Shown here: one piece after another, positions 13,501 through 23,842 of the stretch
Numbering within the stretch: position 1 is the first letter of the stretch
How the letters are laid out: each line of letters begins with the position of its first letter
From: Narcine bancroftii
Lineage: Eukaryota
NCBI RefSeq assembly: GCF_036971445.1
Contig: NC_091470.1
Span: forward strand, 51,770,001-51,834,000
Length of the DNA: 64,000 nt
Reading direction: 5' to 3'
Program-made: the position numbers and the translations under genes
Notes under the pieces: generated by a model
The model's input: the letters and a program-made list of their open reading frames with translations, nothing else
Database searches by the model: none
What the model was told of the DNA's origin: nothing

Positions 13501-14626
13501 AAAGGTAAAAGTTCATTCTTGTGCAAATTTACTTTATAACCTGAAAATTTTCCAAATTGAGTGAGCATAATTAATATATTTGGTCTAGAAATCTGGTTTG
13601 AAGAAAAAAGCAATAGACCATCTGTATAAAGAGATTCTTGATGTTCAATTCAGTTTCTGGTTATTCCTTTAAATTCTCTACATTGTCAAAGGGCAACCAC
13701 TAATGGTTTTAATACTCTATCAAAAAAGTAAAGGACTTAATGGCCTAAACATTTTCAACTGTGGTAAATTCAAATTAATTGAAGCCATAGGACATGAATA
13801 TAATAATTTAATCCAATTTTAAAAATATGGACCAAAATTAAATGTCTTTAAAGTAGCAAATAAATATTCCCATTCTGCCCAATGAAACATTTTTTTAGCG
13901 TCTAATGAAACAGCTTATTCTGTCATAGGGATAGAGGGAAAATATAGTTATTCAATATGTGATAGATAAGGATAATGATTTTTAATAAAACCTGTTTGGT
14001 CAGAGTTAATCATTATTGATAGAGTAGTTTCTAATCTGTATGCTTAAATTTTAGATAAAAATCTAATGAAATTGGTCTGTAAAAAGCACCTTCTGTGGCT
14101 ACTTCCCTTTTTTCCAAAATAAGAGAAATACTAGCCTCATTAAAGGAAGAAGGTAGCTTTCCCTCTTTAAATGAATCTTGCAACACAGAACTTAAGTTAG
14201 GTACAGGCCATTTAGAGAAGGGTTTATAAAATTCTACAGAGAAGCTATCTGGTCCTGGAGATTTGCCAGACTGCAATGAAGAGATAGCAAGAGAAATTTC
14301 CTCCTGAGAAATAGGTACATGCAGCCTTATATGGTTGTCCAGTGATAAGGTGGGTAAATTTATTCAATCTAGAAAATCTGACATTGAAGTAAAATTATTC
14401 TTAAATTCAGAATTTTAGAGATTAGAATAAAATTGCCTAAATGTCTTGTTAATTTTAGAATGATCTGTCATTATTGCACCATCTCTCATCTCAATTATTT
14501 TTTTAAAACTGCAATACCTTCCTGCAGTATTTTTCACCATGAATATAAAAGTGGCTCTTACTTCTCAACAATTGTTATTCAATAGGGTATGTAGAAAGAA
14601 GATCATATTTGGTTTTAAGTTCAACT

Positions 14627-16323
14627 TGTAGTCTCACTAACCACACAGTGAGTGAAAAACCACACAGTCGAAAGTGAGTTTAACCAACTGCTTTACTGAT
14701 TTAAAAGCCGTGCACTTAAGACCCCTCTCCCAGCAGCCTCTGCGACCTGCAGGGTGGAACTGATGTCAGCAACCAGGCTGTGGGCTTACCCCACACCCAG
14801 AGCTCTTACAGTCAGATCTTCCAGAGTTGCCTGTGAGCCAGTTAGCTTTCTGCGTGGGTGAGCCACCACATGACTCCCTACCCCACACCCCAGGACTGGG
14901 ATTAGGAGGTGTAGAGTCCACGACCAACACTTCTAGTCTGTTTAGGCAGCCAACCTCATCAGCGTCGGGGTGGCACAGTCACAGGGTGTTCCAGGTCAAG
15001 GTTCACCGGCTTGAGGTGGTCAATGGTGAAGGTCTCCTCATGGCCATTCATGTTGACGAATGTGGTTCTGTTCTGATCCACCACCTTGTGCTGACCCATG
15101 TACAGCTGCTGCAGTGGAGTCCAGTGTATTCCCCTGTGAATGAAAATGTAGTTGTAGCCCCAGAGGTCCTGGAGACAAAGGAAGGTGTCAGGCCATGGCA
15201 TAAGGTTGGAACAGGAGTTAGTGTTCCTACCTTCTCTTGGAGTCCTGGGTGTCTCCTCTGTGCCATTGGTTGTTGGCACAAACTTGCCTGGAACCATCAG
15301 TAGAGCATCATATACCAATTCCGCCAACGATGTGGCTGTCTTCTTTGGGAGCCAGACGTATGCCAAGAAGCACCCATGGGAGCTTGTCAACTCAATCCAG
15401 GCTTCAGAGGCACGTCATCAGGGCCAACAAGGTACCGGTGGAAAGACTCTACCAGGCCTTTGGACTACAAATGCTAGGCCATGGTGTCATGAAGCTGGAT
15501 CCCAAATAGATGTGCCAGTGCCGACCATAGGCTGGATGTGAACTGCAACTCCCTGTCTGAGGTGATGTTGGCAGGCAGGCCAAAACATACAAATCAGATT
15601 GCAATGAGGGCTCTGGCACAGGACTCAATGGATGTGTCAGTCAGTGGTACAGCTTTTGCCCAGCTGATGAACCTGTTGACCATGGTGAACAGGTACCTTG
15701 CCCTCCAGGAGTCCAGAGGCAGACCAACTACGTCCACATGGACATGCTCAAACCTTTTGTGCATCTGCTGGAAGGGTTGGGGGGTGCATTCACGTGCCTT
15801 TGGACTTTGGAGGTCTGACAGTGTATGCATGTCCTGGCCCAGTGCCCAACTTGCTTGCGTAGGATGTGCCAAGCAAATATATCTGCCACCAGTCAGATGA
15901 TTGTCAGAATAGACTGGTGAGCCAAGCCACGTATTGCATTCCTCCAAGTGGCAGGAACAATGGGCCAGGATTGGCTGGTGGACACGTCACAGAGGAGCTT
16001 ACTGCCTGTTCAAACTAGACCTGTTGTGGCTGTAGGTCCAAGAAGTCAGCAGTTTCAGTGAAAGTGCTTGGGTCATTCATCATTGGATCCAAATACCACT
16101 CGGGGTCACCAATGTAGTCGTGCTAGCCACACGGCGAATGAAAAACCACGCAGAGTCAAAGTTCAACCAACTACTTGAATGATTCAAAAGCCATGCACTT
16201 GGAACTGACATCAGCCGCCAGGGTCTGGGCTTGCCCCACACCCGGAGCTCTCAGTCAGATCTGCCACAGATTTGCCCATGACTCCGTGAGCCAGTTCATC
16301 TGTTGCTTGGGTAAGCCATCACA
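14627..16323 (-). mobile_element. Internally deleted Gypsy LTR retrotransposon (LTRs 14627-14870 and 16113-16323; integrase remnant)
   Basis: Two similar TG..CA LTRs; 4-bp TSD AACT (14623-14626, 16324-16327); PBS TGGTGACCCCGA next to the 5' LTR; purine tract next to the 3' LTR; integrase motifs FEHVHVDVVG..YLFTMVNRF and TIDHLKP. Confidence 0.88.
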
Positions 16324-16415
16324 AACTCTTCTTTGTCATCTGTTGCTTGGGTGAGCCATCACAAACTCTTCTTTGTCATCTGTTGCTTGGGTGAGCCATC
16401 ACAAACTCTTCTTTG
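16296..16415. repeat. 40-bp tandem triplication spanning the LTR/host junction
   Basis: TCATCTGTTGCTTGGGTGAGCCATCACAAACTCTTCTTTG x3, with one mismatch in the first copy. Confidence 0.9.
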
Positions 16416-17133
16416 TATAGTTCTGGACCTTTATTTTGAGCAAATAGTATATCAATTTGTTTAATCTGATTAAGTCCAATCTTTATTAGCTGTTTACAAA
16501 ATAATTTGTCCCCTCAAATAAGCTTTCGTAATATCCCAAACAATCAAATTGGGCATCAATGAGGAGGAAGTAGTATTAAAGAAAAACTATATTTGTTGTT
16601 CCAAAAATCTTAAAAATCCTTTATCTCTAAGTAAAATGGTATTCAATCTCCATTGTTTTTTAAAAACAGGAATATTAGAAAAATTGAAGGATAAAACTAC
16701 AGGAGCGTGATCAGATATATTGCATGGTAGTCACGTTTTGGTTGAACACTGTACATTCAAGAAAAATGAATATTCTCTGCTATTAGGATTTTAAAAATCT
16801 GAAACACTAAAATTTGATAAAAAGGAATGAATGAAAATTGCCAATTTAGAAAAAATAGCAGATCTCGAAGAGTGATCTAAACCCACATCTAAACAACTGT
16901 TTAGAACATCAGGACCCGAGATCAATGAGTTGTGATTTAAATCGGGTAAGGCTGAGAAAAAAAAAAATACAGGTTCAGTACATAAACTTTGGCCAATACA
17001 ATCAATTTGTGAGATAATGACTTTATTCCCCAAATGTCGTTTTCTTTCCACTGACTTCTCCTTCTTTAGGATCCTATTTGAAAGCCTAAACTTGTCACTC
17101 TTGCTCAGAGTGCCTTTGACTTTGGATCCAACT

Positions 17134-17378
17134 CTGTTTAATCAAGCCTCCACAAGCATCTTGGTGAGTCTTCACAAGCTCCTGTTTAATCAAGCCTCCA
17201 CAAGCATCTTGGTGAGTCTTCACAAGCTCCTGTTTAATCAAGCCTCCACAAGCATCTTGGTGAGTCTTCACAAGCTCCTGTTTAATCAAGCCTCCACAAG
17301 CATCTTGGTGTGTCTTCACAAGCTCCTGTTTAATCAAGCCTCCACAAGCATCTTGGTGAGTCTTCACAAGCTCCTGTT
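17134..17378. repeat. 48-bp tandem repeat x5
   Basis: CTGTTTAATCAAGCCTCCACAAGCATCTTGGTGAGTCTTCACAAGCTC, one substitution in copy 4. Confidence 0.95.
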
Positions 17379-17646
17379 GAAATGCCAACTTAATGTGATG
17401 GACTCATTTTGAAAATATTGTCCATCATCCCTTGAACGATGAGACTTAAATGTTTTTAAAGTATGATTTCAAAGATCTTTTGATGGCTCTACTTTCATCA
17501 AAAGGAGCCAAGAACACTTAAGTGTAATAATCTGACATTTGACACTATTGATAGGTATCTTTGTGCTGTAATTGTTCGAGTTGCTTTGTGATGTCATCTT
17601 ATCACTGTGACTTCCTGCTTCATGTATATTTTTTCTTCTCCTCCAG

Positions 17647-17833
17647 CTGTAAGTTGCCGTGAGTATCTGAAGTATATTGAGTCACTCGAACTGCTCTGAT
17701 TTTAGTCGATCTACATTGTTTCGCTTCCTGCCATTAAATCGCTGGAAAGGAAGTGACTGCAAGGTTCCAGCAAAGGAACCCTGCCCATGTCGTGAGCTTG
17801 GAATCTTTTAACACATTATTTAGTCAATCGAAG
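17647..17833 (+). other. Candidate non-coding 5' exon of the microprotein gene
   Basis: Polypyrimidine acceptor TTTTTTCTTCTCCTCCAG ending at 17646 and donor AAG|GTAAAT at 17834; unique (non-repeat) sequence. Inference only. Confidence 0.35.
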
Positions 17834-18489
17834 GTAAATTCTTGTCTGCTTATACTTACCGTTAATAGATTCCAATTAATATGGATTAATCGCCCTCAGA
17901 AGTATCAGTGCTGATGGATGTTTTTATACCAATAAGATTGTTCTGTTCCTTTCTTTATGGAAGAGACTTGCACTCAGTTGCACTGTATATGAAAGCTTGT
18001 AGAAGAGATTTAAGGGGGTTATAAATCCAAATTAAGAGCAACACGCTTGACAAGTCGTCATTCAGCAAGTTCCACTGGTTACTTAAATGTGTTTAAGTTC
18101 AAAATGGAGATGGGAGTTGCGTAATAAACTTATTCGAGGATTTTAACTTGTTTCCATATGTTTTAAAGTATTTTCTTCCTGGTTGCTGTGACTCGAACCG
18201 TCAGCTAAGCCACCCCAGCTTTTATTTTATTGTAGTTTTAACAAAATAACTCTTTCACAAGTGAATTCCCCATTTTGTGCAGCCTTGCTTAAGGGAGGTG
18301 CAAAAATAAACTCGATTTGTAAATTGTGATCGCAGTATATTTGGCTGAGCAGGGCGCAGTTTCATATAGAGTCACTTGTTGAAAAATAGCGAAGTTATCT
18401 TGCATTAGGATCTCATATTAAATCACGGAACTTGTCGGTGCAAGATTTTAAACCAATTTGTTTTGTCTGTAAAACACAAAAAAGTGGCA

Positions 18490-18780
18490 AAACAACAATG
18501 AGTTGCTGGTGGGACTCCCAAGGTCAGAAGGCATCTGTGGAGGGAAATGGGGTTGACGTTTTGGGTCAAGACCCTTCATCAGGACTGAATGTGCAGGTGG
18601 AGATGGTCACTACAAGGAGCAAAGGTGGATGGATGAGGCAAGGCTCATTAGGTAGTTGATGGATGGAGGAGGGGTTAAGGATGACGGATCGAAACATAAT
18701 CACATATAAAGAGGCTGGGTTAAGGATGACGGATCGAAACATAACCACATATAAAGGGGCTGATGGTCTATTGAACACAA
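18490..18780. mobile_element. Penelope-associated terminal/SINE-like fragment with a 45-bp duplication (18672-18761)
   Basis: GACGTTTTGGGTCAAGACCCTTCATCAGGACTG motif, with related copies at about 32990-33080 and 55750-55910; family assignment from recollection. Confidence 0.45.
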
Positions 18781-19107
18781 GTCAAAAGTAACATATTTGT
18801 GTTCCCTGAGGGACGACATGTACCAGCAACAAGAGTGAAAACAAATAGTATTATCCTGTTGATGTCACATTGCAGAAAAAAACCCAATGGCAATGTTAAC
18901 TTGTGGAGATTGGGTCACTCATAAAAATATCTTCAATGACCCGTGAGAAAATAGCTGGCATTATAAATAAGATTTGCTATTCACATCAATATTTAATGCA
19001 AAGTGCATTTCTTAGCAATTGAAGTATATTGTTTCAATAATTTTTTGTTTTCTTCTCTCTAGTACTTGGTATTCAGCCAGATCCAGTCTGCCAACCTTCA
19101 AGGCAAC

Positions 19108-19326
19108 ATGCCCAGCTGCGGGGAGCTCTTATGGTCACTTTTCTGGCTTATTGTATTGTTCTTTATCGGCTGGCCACTCAGTATATTCTTCGGAGGCATC
19201 TATGGGTTTTTGTCACCACTGACTACATGTGTTGGATTGGATCAGGTCACAGATATTCTGCTCAAAGGTGCAAATATAGGCAGATCCTGTGCTGAGAATA
19301 TTAGATCAAGCAAAGCCCTCTGCTAA
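19108..19326 (+). CDS. 72-aa hydrophobic microprotein MPSCGELLWSLFWLIVLFFIGWPLSIFFGGIYGFLSPLTTCVGLDQVTDILLKGANIGRSCAENIRSSKALC
   Basis: Strong acceptor (TTTTGTTTTCTTCTCTCTAG ending 19062) 45 nt before an ATG with A at -3; intact ORF; AATAAA at 19547-19552; long hydrophobic N-half with WP/SP motifs and a Cys-containing amphipathic C-half; not repeat-like. Confidence 0.72.
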   Translation: MPSCGELLWSLFWLIVLFFIGWPLSIFFGGIYGFLSPLTTCVGLDQVTDILLKGANIGRSCAENIRSSKALC

Positions 19327-19747
19327 AAAATTACATCAGCTGCCTTTTCAGTGATGAAGAAATGCCATCTCAACTTCGAGCTGTCCACTTCAACACAGGT
19401 TAATATGGACCAGCCAGTTCAAAAGGCAGTCAGATAATTCTCCCTCATGCTTCTGACCTAAACGAGGACCGCAGATTTTACTTTTTTTCTTTTATGGCTT
19501 ATTTTAGCAGAATAATGCATTTTAGATTATTTGTAAGTGATATTGCAATAAATGGCCATCCTCTCAAATGTACCAAATAATCAATAGTTTTCCAATTCCT
19601 CATTTATATCAATGACCCATCTTATTATTTCCATGAAACTGGCTAGAGTATTGGTGTCATCAGTGAATCTAGAGGTGCTTGGCCATGCAGTCACATAGAT
19701 GTGCAGGAGATACAAGGGATAGGGTACTTCCCTCAGCTCCGAACCGC

Positions 19748-22700
19748 TCAACCTGGATGCTGGGTGAAGGACCTCCTCTGGACGCAGGGGGAGGCTCCCT
19801 CCTGCGCTTCCCGGCCTGACAGGTGGGCCAAGTGGAAGCTGAGCTCGAGCTGGGAGGCAAGTCGGCGGAGAGCGAGAAGGCTCAACCACAGTTGGGTCAG
19901 GAGAAGTGTCAGGTAGACAAGGCCCAGACCCCACTCCAGGGGCAGGACTCTCAGCTGTGGGTTACAGAGCCCAAACAGAACCATGGGGAGCTGGAGGAGT
20001 AGAGTTAGCAGCCAGGAGCCCGCTAGGGCTGGGACCTGTGGGGAAAGAGAGAAAGAGTGGGGGAGGGGATGTGGGGGAGGGGAGATAGAGGGTGAGTGGG
20101 GGTAGGAGAGAGGGCAAGGTGGGGGTGGAAATAGGGAGGGAGGAAACACCTCAGTTTTCTCCAACACTGCAATCCCAAGACCCATCAGCACATTAATACT
20201 ATCCCTCCCCACACCCAAGAGAAGGCACAGCAACATCCAACAAGCAAAAGAATGTGGTGTGAAGTCCTTCCCTCGTCACTGCCCCCTCACCCCTCCCTCA
20301 CCACCTCCTCGTATGGCCCCTCATCCCCTTCCCTTCCCCCCTCTCCTCCATTCCCCTCCCCTTCCCCCTCCATTCCCCTTCCCTTCCCCTATTCTGTTTC
20401 CCTACCCTTTTGCCCCCTCCCTCAGTTCTCTCCCCTACCCCTCCCAGCCCTGACCTTCTCCTGCAGATTCCCCATGTAGCCCAGGGCCAGTCGGGCTGCT
20501 TCCACCAGGGTCATGACGACAATGAGAGCGCTGAGTATGATCCGGTAGTAGGTGCTGAGCATGTGGTACTGGGGGTAGGACAGCAGGTGAGGGGAGGGGG
20601 GGAGAGTAGAAGGGTAGTGAGTGGAAAATTAAATAATTGTTACATTGACTTCAACTTGCATTTACAGGATCTCTGGCTCCCTCTCTCTCCCCCCCCCGCC
20701 CCCCCCCCCCACTGATTCACAGACGCTCTCTCTCCATCACGACATTTAGAGGGAATCTCTCCCGATACCCATTTATAGAGGGAATCTCTCCCGATACCCA
20801 TTTATAGAAGGAATCTCTATCCCATCATTCCCCATTTGTAATAGATCCCTCCTTTCCATTCCCTATTCACTTTCCTACTCTCCATTCCCCCCCCCCCCAC
20901 CTCCAACAATCACAGAGGGCATCTCTATACTCATTTATAGTGGGAGTCTCTCTCTCCGTCCATCCTTTAGAGGGGTTCGCTCTCCCTCTCACCCTCACCA
21001 TCCCTAATCCAGGAACCACAGGTCACTAATGGGTTGCAGGCTGATGTCTCCCCTGACAACAGAACTTACCTTCGTCTCCAACATCACCACCTGGCAAACC
21101 CACCAGAAAGGAAAGAAGAAGGTATTGAAATAGAGGGACATCTGTAGAGGGAGACTGGAGACCAAAGTCCTTCCTGAGAAAGAGAGGGGTGGGGAAATTA
21201 CCCTGTGTTCCAGAAACCCTCCCACCCAGACCTCTCCATGTCTCTGTAGCCCCCTTCTATCCCCTGCACTCCTCCAAGTCCCCACAGTCCCCTACACACC
21301 CCTCTCCTCCCCTCTTTCTCCCTTCCCCTCTCTCCCTTCTCCTCTCCCTCCCTCCCTCTCCTCTCTTCCCCTTCCCTCTCTCCTCTCTTCCCCTCCCTCT
21401 CCTCTCTTCCCCTTCCCTCTCTCTTCCCCTTCCCTCTCTCCTCCCCTTCCCTCTCCTCTCTTCCCCTTCCCTCTCCTCTCTTCCCCTTCCCTCTCCTCTC
21501 TTCCCCTCCCTCTCCTCTCTTCCCCTTTCCTCTCCTCTCTTCCCCTTCCCTCTCCTCTCTTCCCCTTCCCTCTCCTCTCTTCCCCTTCCCTCTCCTCTCT
21601 TCCCCTTCCCTCTCCTCTCTTCCCCTTCCCTCTCTCCTCTCTTCCCCTTCCCTCTCCTCTCTTCCCCTTCCCTCTCTCCTCTCTTCCCCTTCCCTCTCCT
21701 CTCTTCCCCTTCCCTCTCTCCTCTCTTCCCCTTCCCTCTCTCCTCTCTTCCCCTTCCCTCTCCTCTCTTCCCCTTCCCTCTCCTCTCTTCCCCTTCCCTC
21801 TCTCCTCTCTTCCCCTTCCCTCTCCTCTCTTCCCCTTCCCTCTCCTCTCTTCCCCTTCCCTCTCCTCTCTTCCCCTTCCCTCTCCTCTCTTCCCCTTCCC
21901 TCTCTCCTCTCTTCCCCTTCCCTCTCCTCTCTTCCCCTTCCCTCTCTCCTCTCTTCCCCTTCCCTCTCCTCTCTTCCCCTTCCCTCTCTCCTCTCTTCCC
22001 CTTCCCTCTCTCCTCTCTTCCCCTTCCCTCTCCTCTCTTCCCCTTCCCTCTCCTCTCTTCCCCTTCCCTCTCTCCTCTCTTCCCCTTCCCTCTCCTCTCT
22101 TCCCCTTCCCTCTCTCCTCTCTTCCCCTTCCCTCTCCTCTCTTCCCCTTCCCTCTCCTCTCTTCCCCTTCCCTCTCCTCTCTTCCCCTTCCCTCTCCTCT
22201 CTTCCCCTTCCCTCTCTCCTCTCTTCCCCTTCCCTCTCCTCTCTTCCCCTTCCCTCTCTCCTCTCTTCCCCTTCCCTCTCCTCTCTTCCCCTTCCCTCTC
22301 TCCTCTCTTCCCCTTCCCTCTCTCCTCTCTTCCCCTTCCCTCTCCTCTCTTCCCCTTCCCTCTCCTCTCTTCCCCTTCCCTCTCTCCTCTCTTCCCCTTC
22401 CCTCTCCTCTCTTCCCCTTCCCTCTCCTCTCTTCCCCTTCCCTCTCCTCTCTTCCCCTTCCCTCTCCTCTCTTCCCCTTCCCTCTCTCCTCTCTTCCCCT
22501 TCCCTCTCCTCTCTTCCCCTTCCCTCTCTCCTCTCTTCCCCTTCCCTCTCCTCTCTTCCCCTTCCCTCTCTCCTCTCTTCCCCTTCCCTCTCTCCTCTCT
22601 TCCCCTTCCCTCTCCTCTCTTCCCCTTCCCTCTCCTCTCTTCCCCTTCCCTCTCTCCTCTCTTCCCCTTCCCTCTCCTCTCTTCCCCTTCCCTCTCTCCT

Positions 22701-23325
22701 CTCTTCCCCTTCCCTCTCCTCTCTTCCCCTTCCCTCTCTCCTCTCTTCCCCTTCCCTCTCTCCTCTCTTCCCCTTCCCTCTCCTCTCTTCCCCTTCCCTC
22801 TCCTCTCTTCCCCTTCCCTCTCTCCTCTCTTCCCCTTCCCTCTCCTCTCTTCCCCTTCCCTCTCTCCTCTCTTCCCCTTCCCTCTCCTCTCTTCCCCTTC
22901 CCTCTCCTCTCTTCCCCTTCCCTCTCCTCTCTTCCCCTTCCCTCTCCTCTCTTCCCCTTCCCTCTCTCCTCTCTTCCCCTTCCCTCTCCTCTCTTCCCCT
23001 TCCCTCTCTCCTCTCTTCCCCTTCCCTCTCCTCTCTTCCCCTTCCCTCTCTCCTCTCTTCCCCTTCCCTCTCTCCTCTCTTCCCCTTCCCTCTCCTCTCT
23101 TCCCCTTCCCTCTCCTCTCTTCCCCTTCCCTCTCTCCTCTCTTCCCCTTCCCTCTCCTCTCTTCCCCTTCCCTCTCTCCTCTCTTCCCCTTCCCTCTCCT
23201 CTCTTCCCCTTCCCTCTCCTCTCTTCCCCTTCCCTCTCCTACCACTCTCTTCCCTTCCTCTCTCTTTGCCCCCACCCCTGCCTCTTCTCACCAGGGTAAC
23301 AATTCAGAGCTGGGTTTCCCTCCAT
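19748..23325 (-). CDS. TMEM17: TMEM17-like transmembrane protein (TMEM17/216/80 family), 179 aa; coding exons 23325-23292, 21173-21070, 20568-20455, 20035-19748
   Basis: All introns GT-AG and in phase (34+104+114+288 = 540 nt); Kozak GTCGCCATGG; motifs SSLPLQMSLYFNT, EAARLALGYMGNLQEKVPALAGSWLLTLLLQLP match human TMEM17 (SSLALQMSLYFNT, EAIRLYLGYVGNLQEKVPELAGFWLLSLLLQLP). Likely a paralog rather than the 1:1 ortholog. Confidence 0.88.
20743..20818. repeat. 29-bp tandem repeat (about 2.6 copies) in TMEM17-like intron 2
   Basis: TAGAGGGAATCTCTCCCGATACCCATTTA repeated. Confidence 0.8.
21300..23238. repeat. About 1.9-kb homopyrimidine/homopurine minisatellite (20- and 22-bp units CTCTCCTCTCTTCCCCTTCC[CT])
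   Basis: Essentially only C and T on the + strand; fills TMEM17-like intron 1; causes the spurious 670-730 aa ORFs. Confidence 0.97.
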
Positions 23326-23570
23326 GGCGACAGGGGTGGACCCAGGCTTGCTCCCCTCCCTCAGACGTTTTTCGGTAATCAGACGCTAATGTCGGGGCGG
23401 CCCCCTCGCCGTTGGTAACCAGTCGGGGCGGGGGAGAGCAAAGATGCTACCGCCGAGGGGCTTCTGCGCTGGCGCATTCGCGTTTTCGAGACGTCTTCGA
23501 CGTCGACCAGCCGGTGCCCATCACAAAGATGGCCACCAGGGCACTGACCGCCATCTTTGGTCCTGGCCAG
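23326..23570 (-). promoter_or_regulatory. CpG-rich promoter of the TMEM17-like gene: GC boxes, RFX X-box-like site, paired YY1-like sites
   Basis: GGGGCGG at about 23394 and 23425; CTCGCC-GTT-GGTAAC at 23405-23419; AAAGATGGCC and CGCCATCTTT inverted pair at 23525-23558. Confidence 0.6.
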
Positions 23571-23842
23571 TAGAAAAACAGTTGGCCATTCAGGTCAACT
23601 TAAGTCTAGTATTGGGACATTTAAATTTTTTTTAGAGAGAATATAACTTTAAGTGTAATGATTTTATAGAATACAGTACATTAATCTAAAGTAGTGTACC
23701 ACATGGTTAATATAACGATACATAATTAACTCCATATTTAAGATAATATACAAACATTAAAATAAATTAATGTCTTCAAAGGAATGGGGGTTACAGAGAT
23801 AAGGAGGGTTGTAAGGAAACAGAAAAGGTCACAGAGACAAAT

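Larger units (their letters stand above)
11600..17060 (-). mobile_element. Degraded L1-clade LINE ORF2 and 3' end, interrupted by an LTR element
   Basis: T-rich tail at about 11600-11630; ORF fragments MQSGKSPGPDSF, FGKFSGYKVNLHK, INLIKMNILPKYLYIFQ. Confidence 0.85.

Noticed and set aside
17017-17412. 16-aa repeat ORFs or CRISPR-like array
   Set aside because: Head-to-tail 48-bp repeat with no unique spacers, in a vertebrate context with no cas genes.
21189-23378. Three 670-730 aa ORFs (Pro/Leu/Ser-rich or Arg/Glu/Gly-rich)
   Set aside because: Artefacts of a C/T-only repeat that cannot contain stop codons; it lies in TMEM17-like intron 1.
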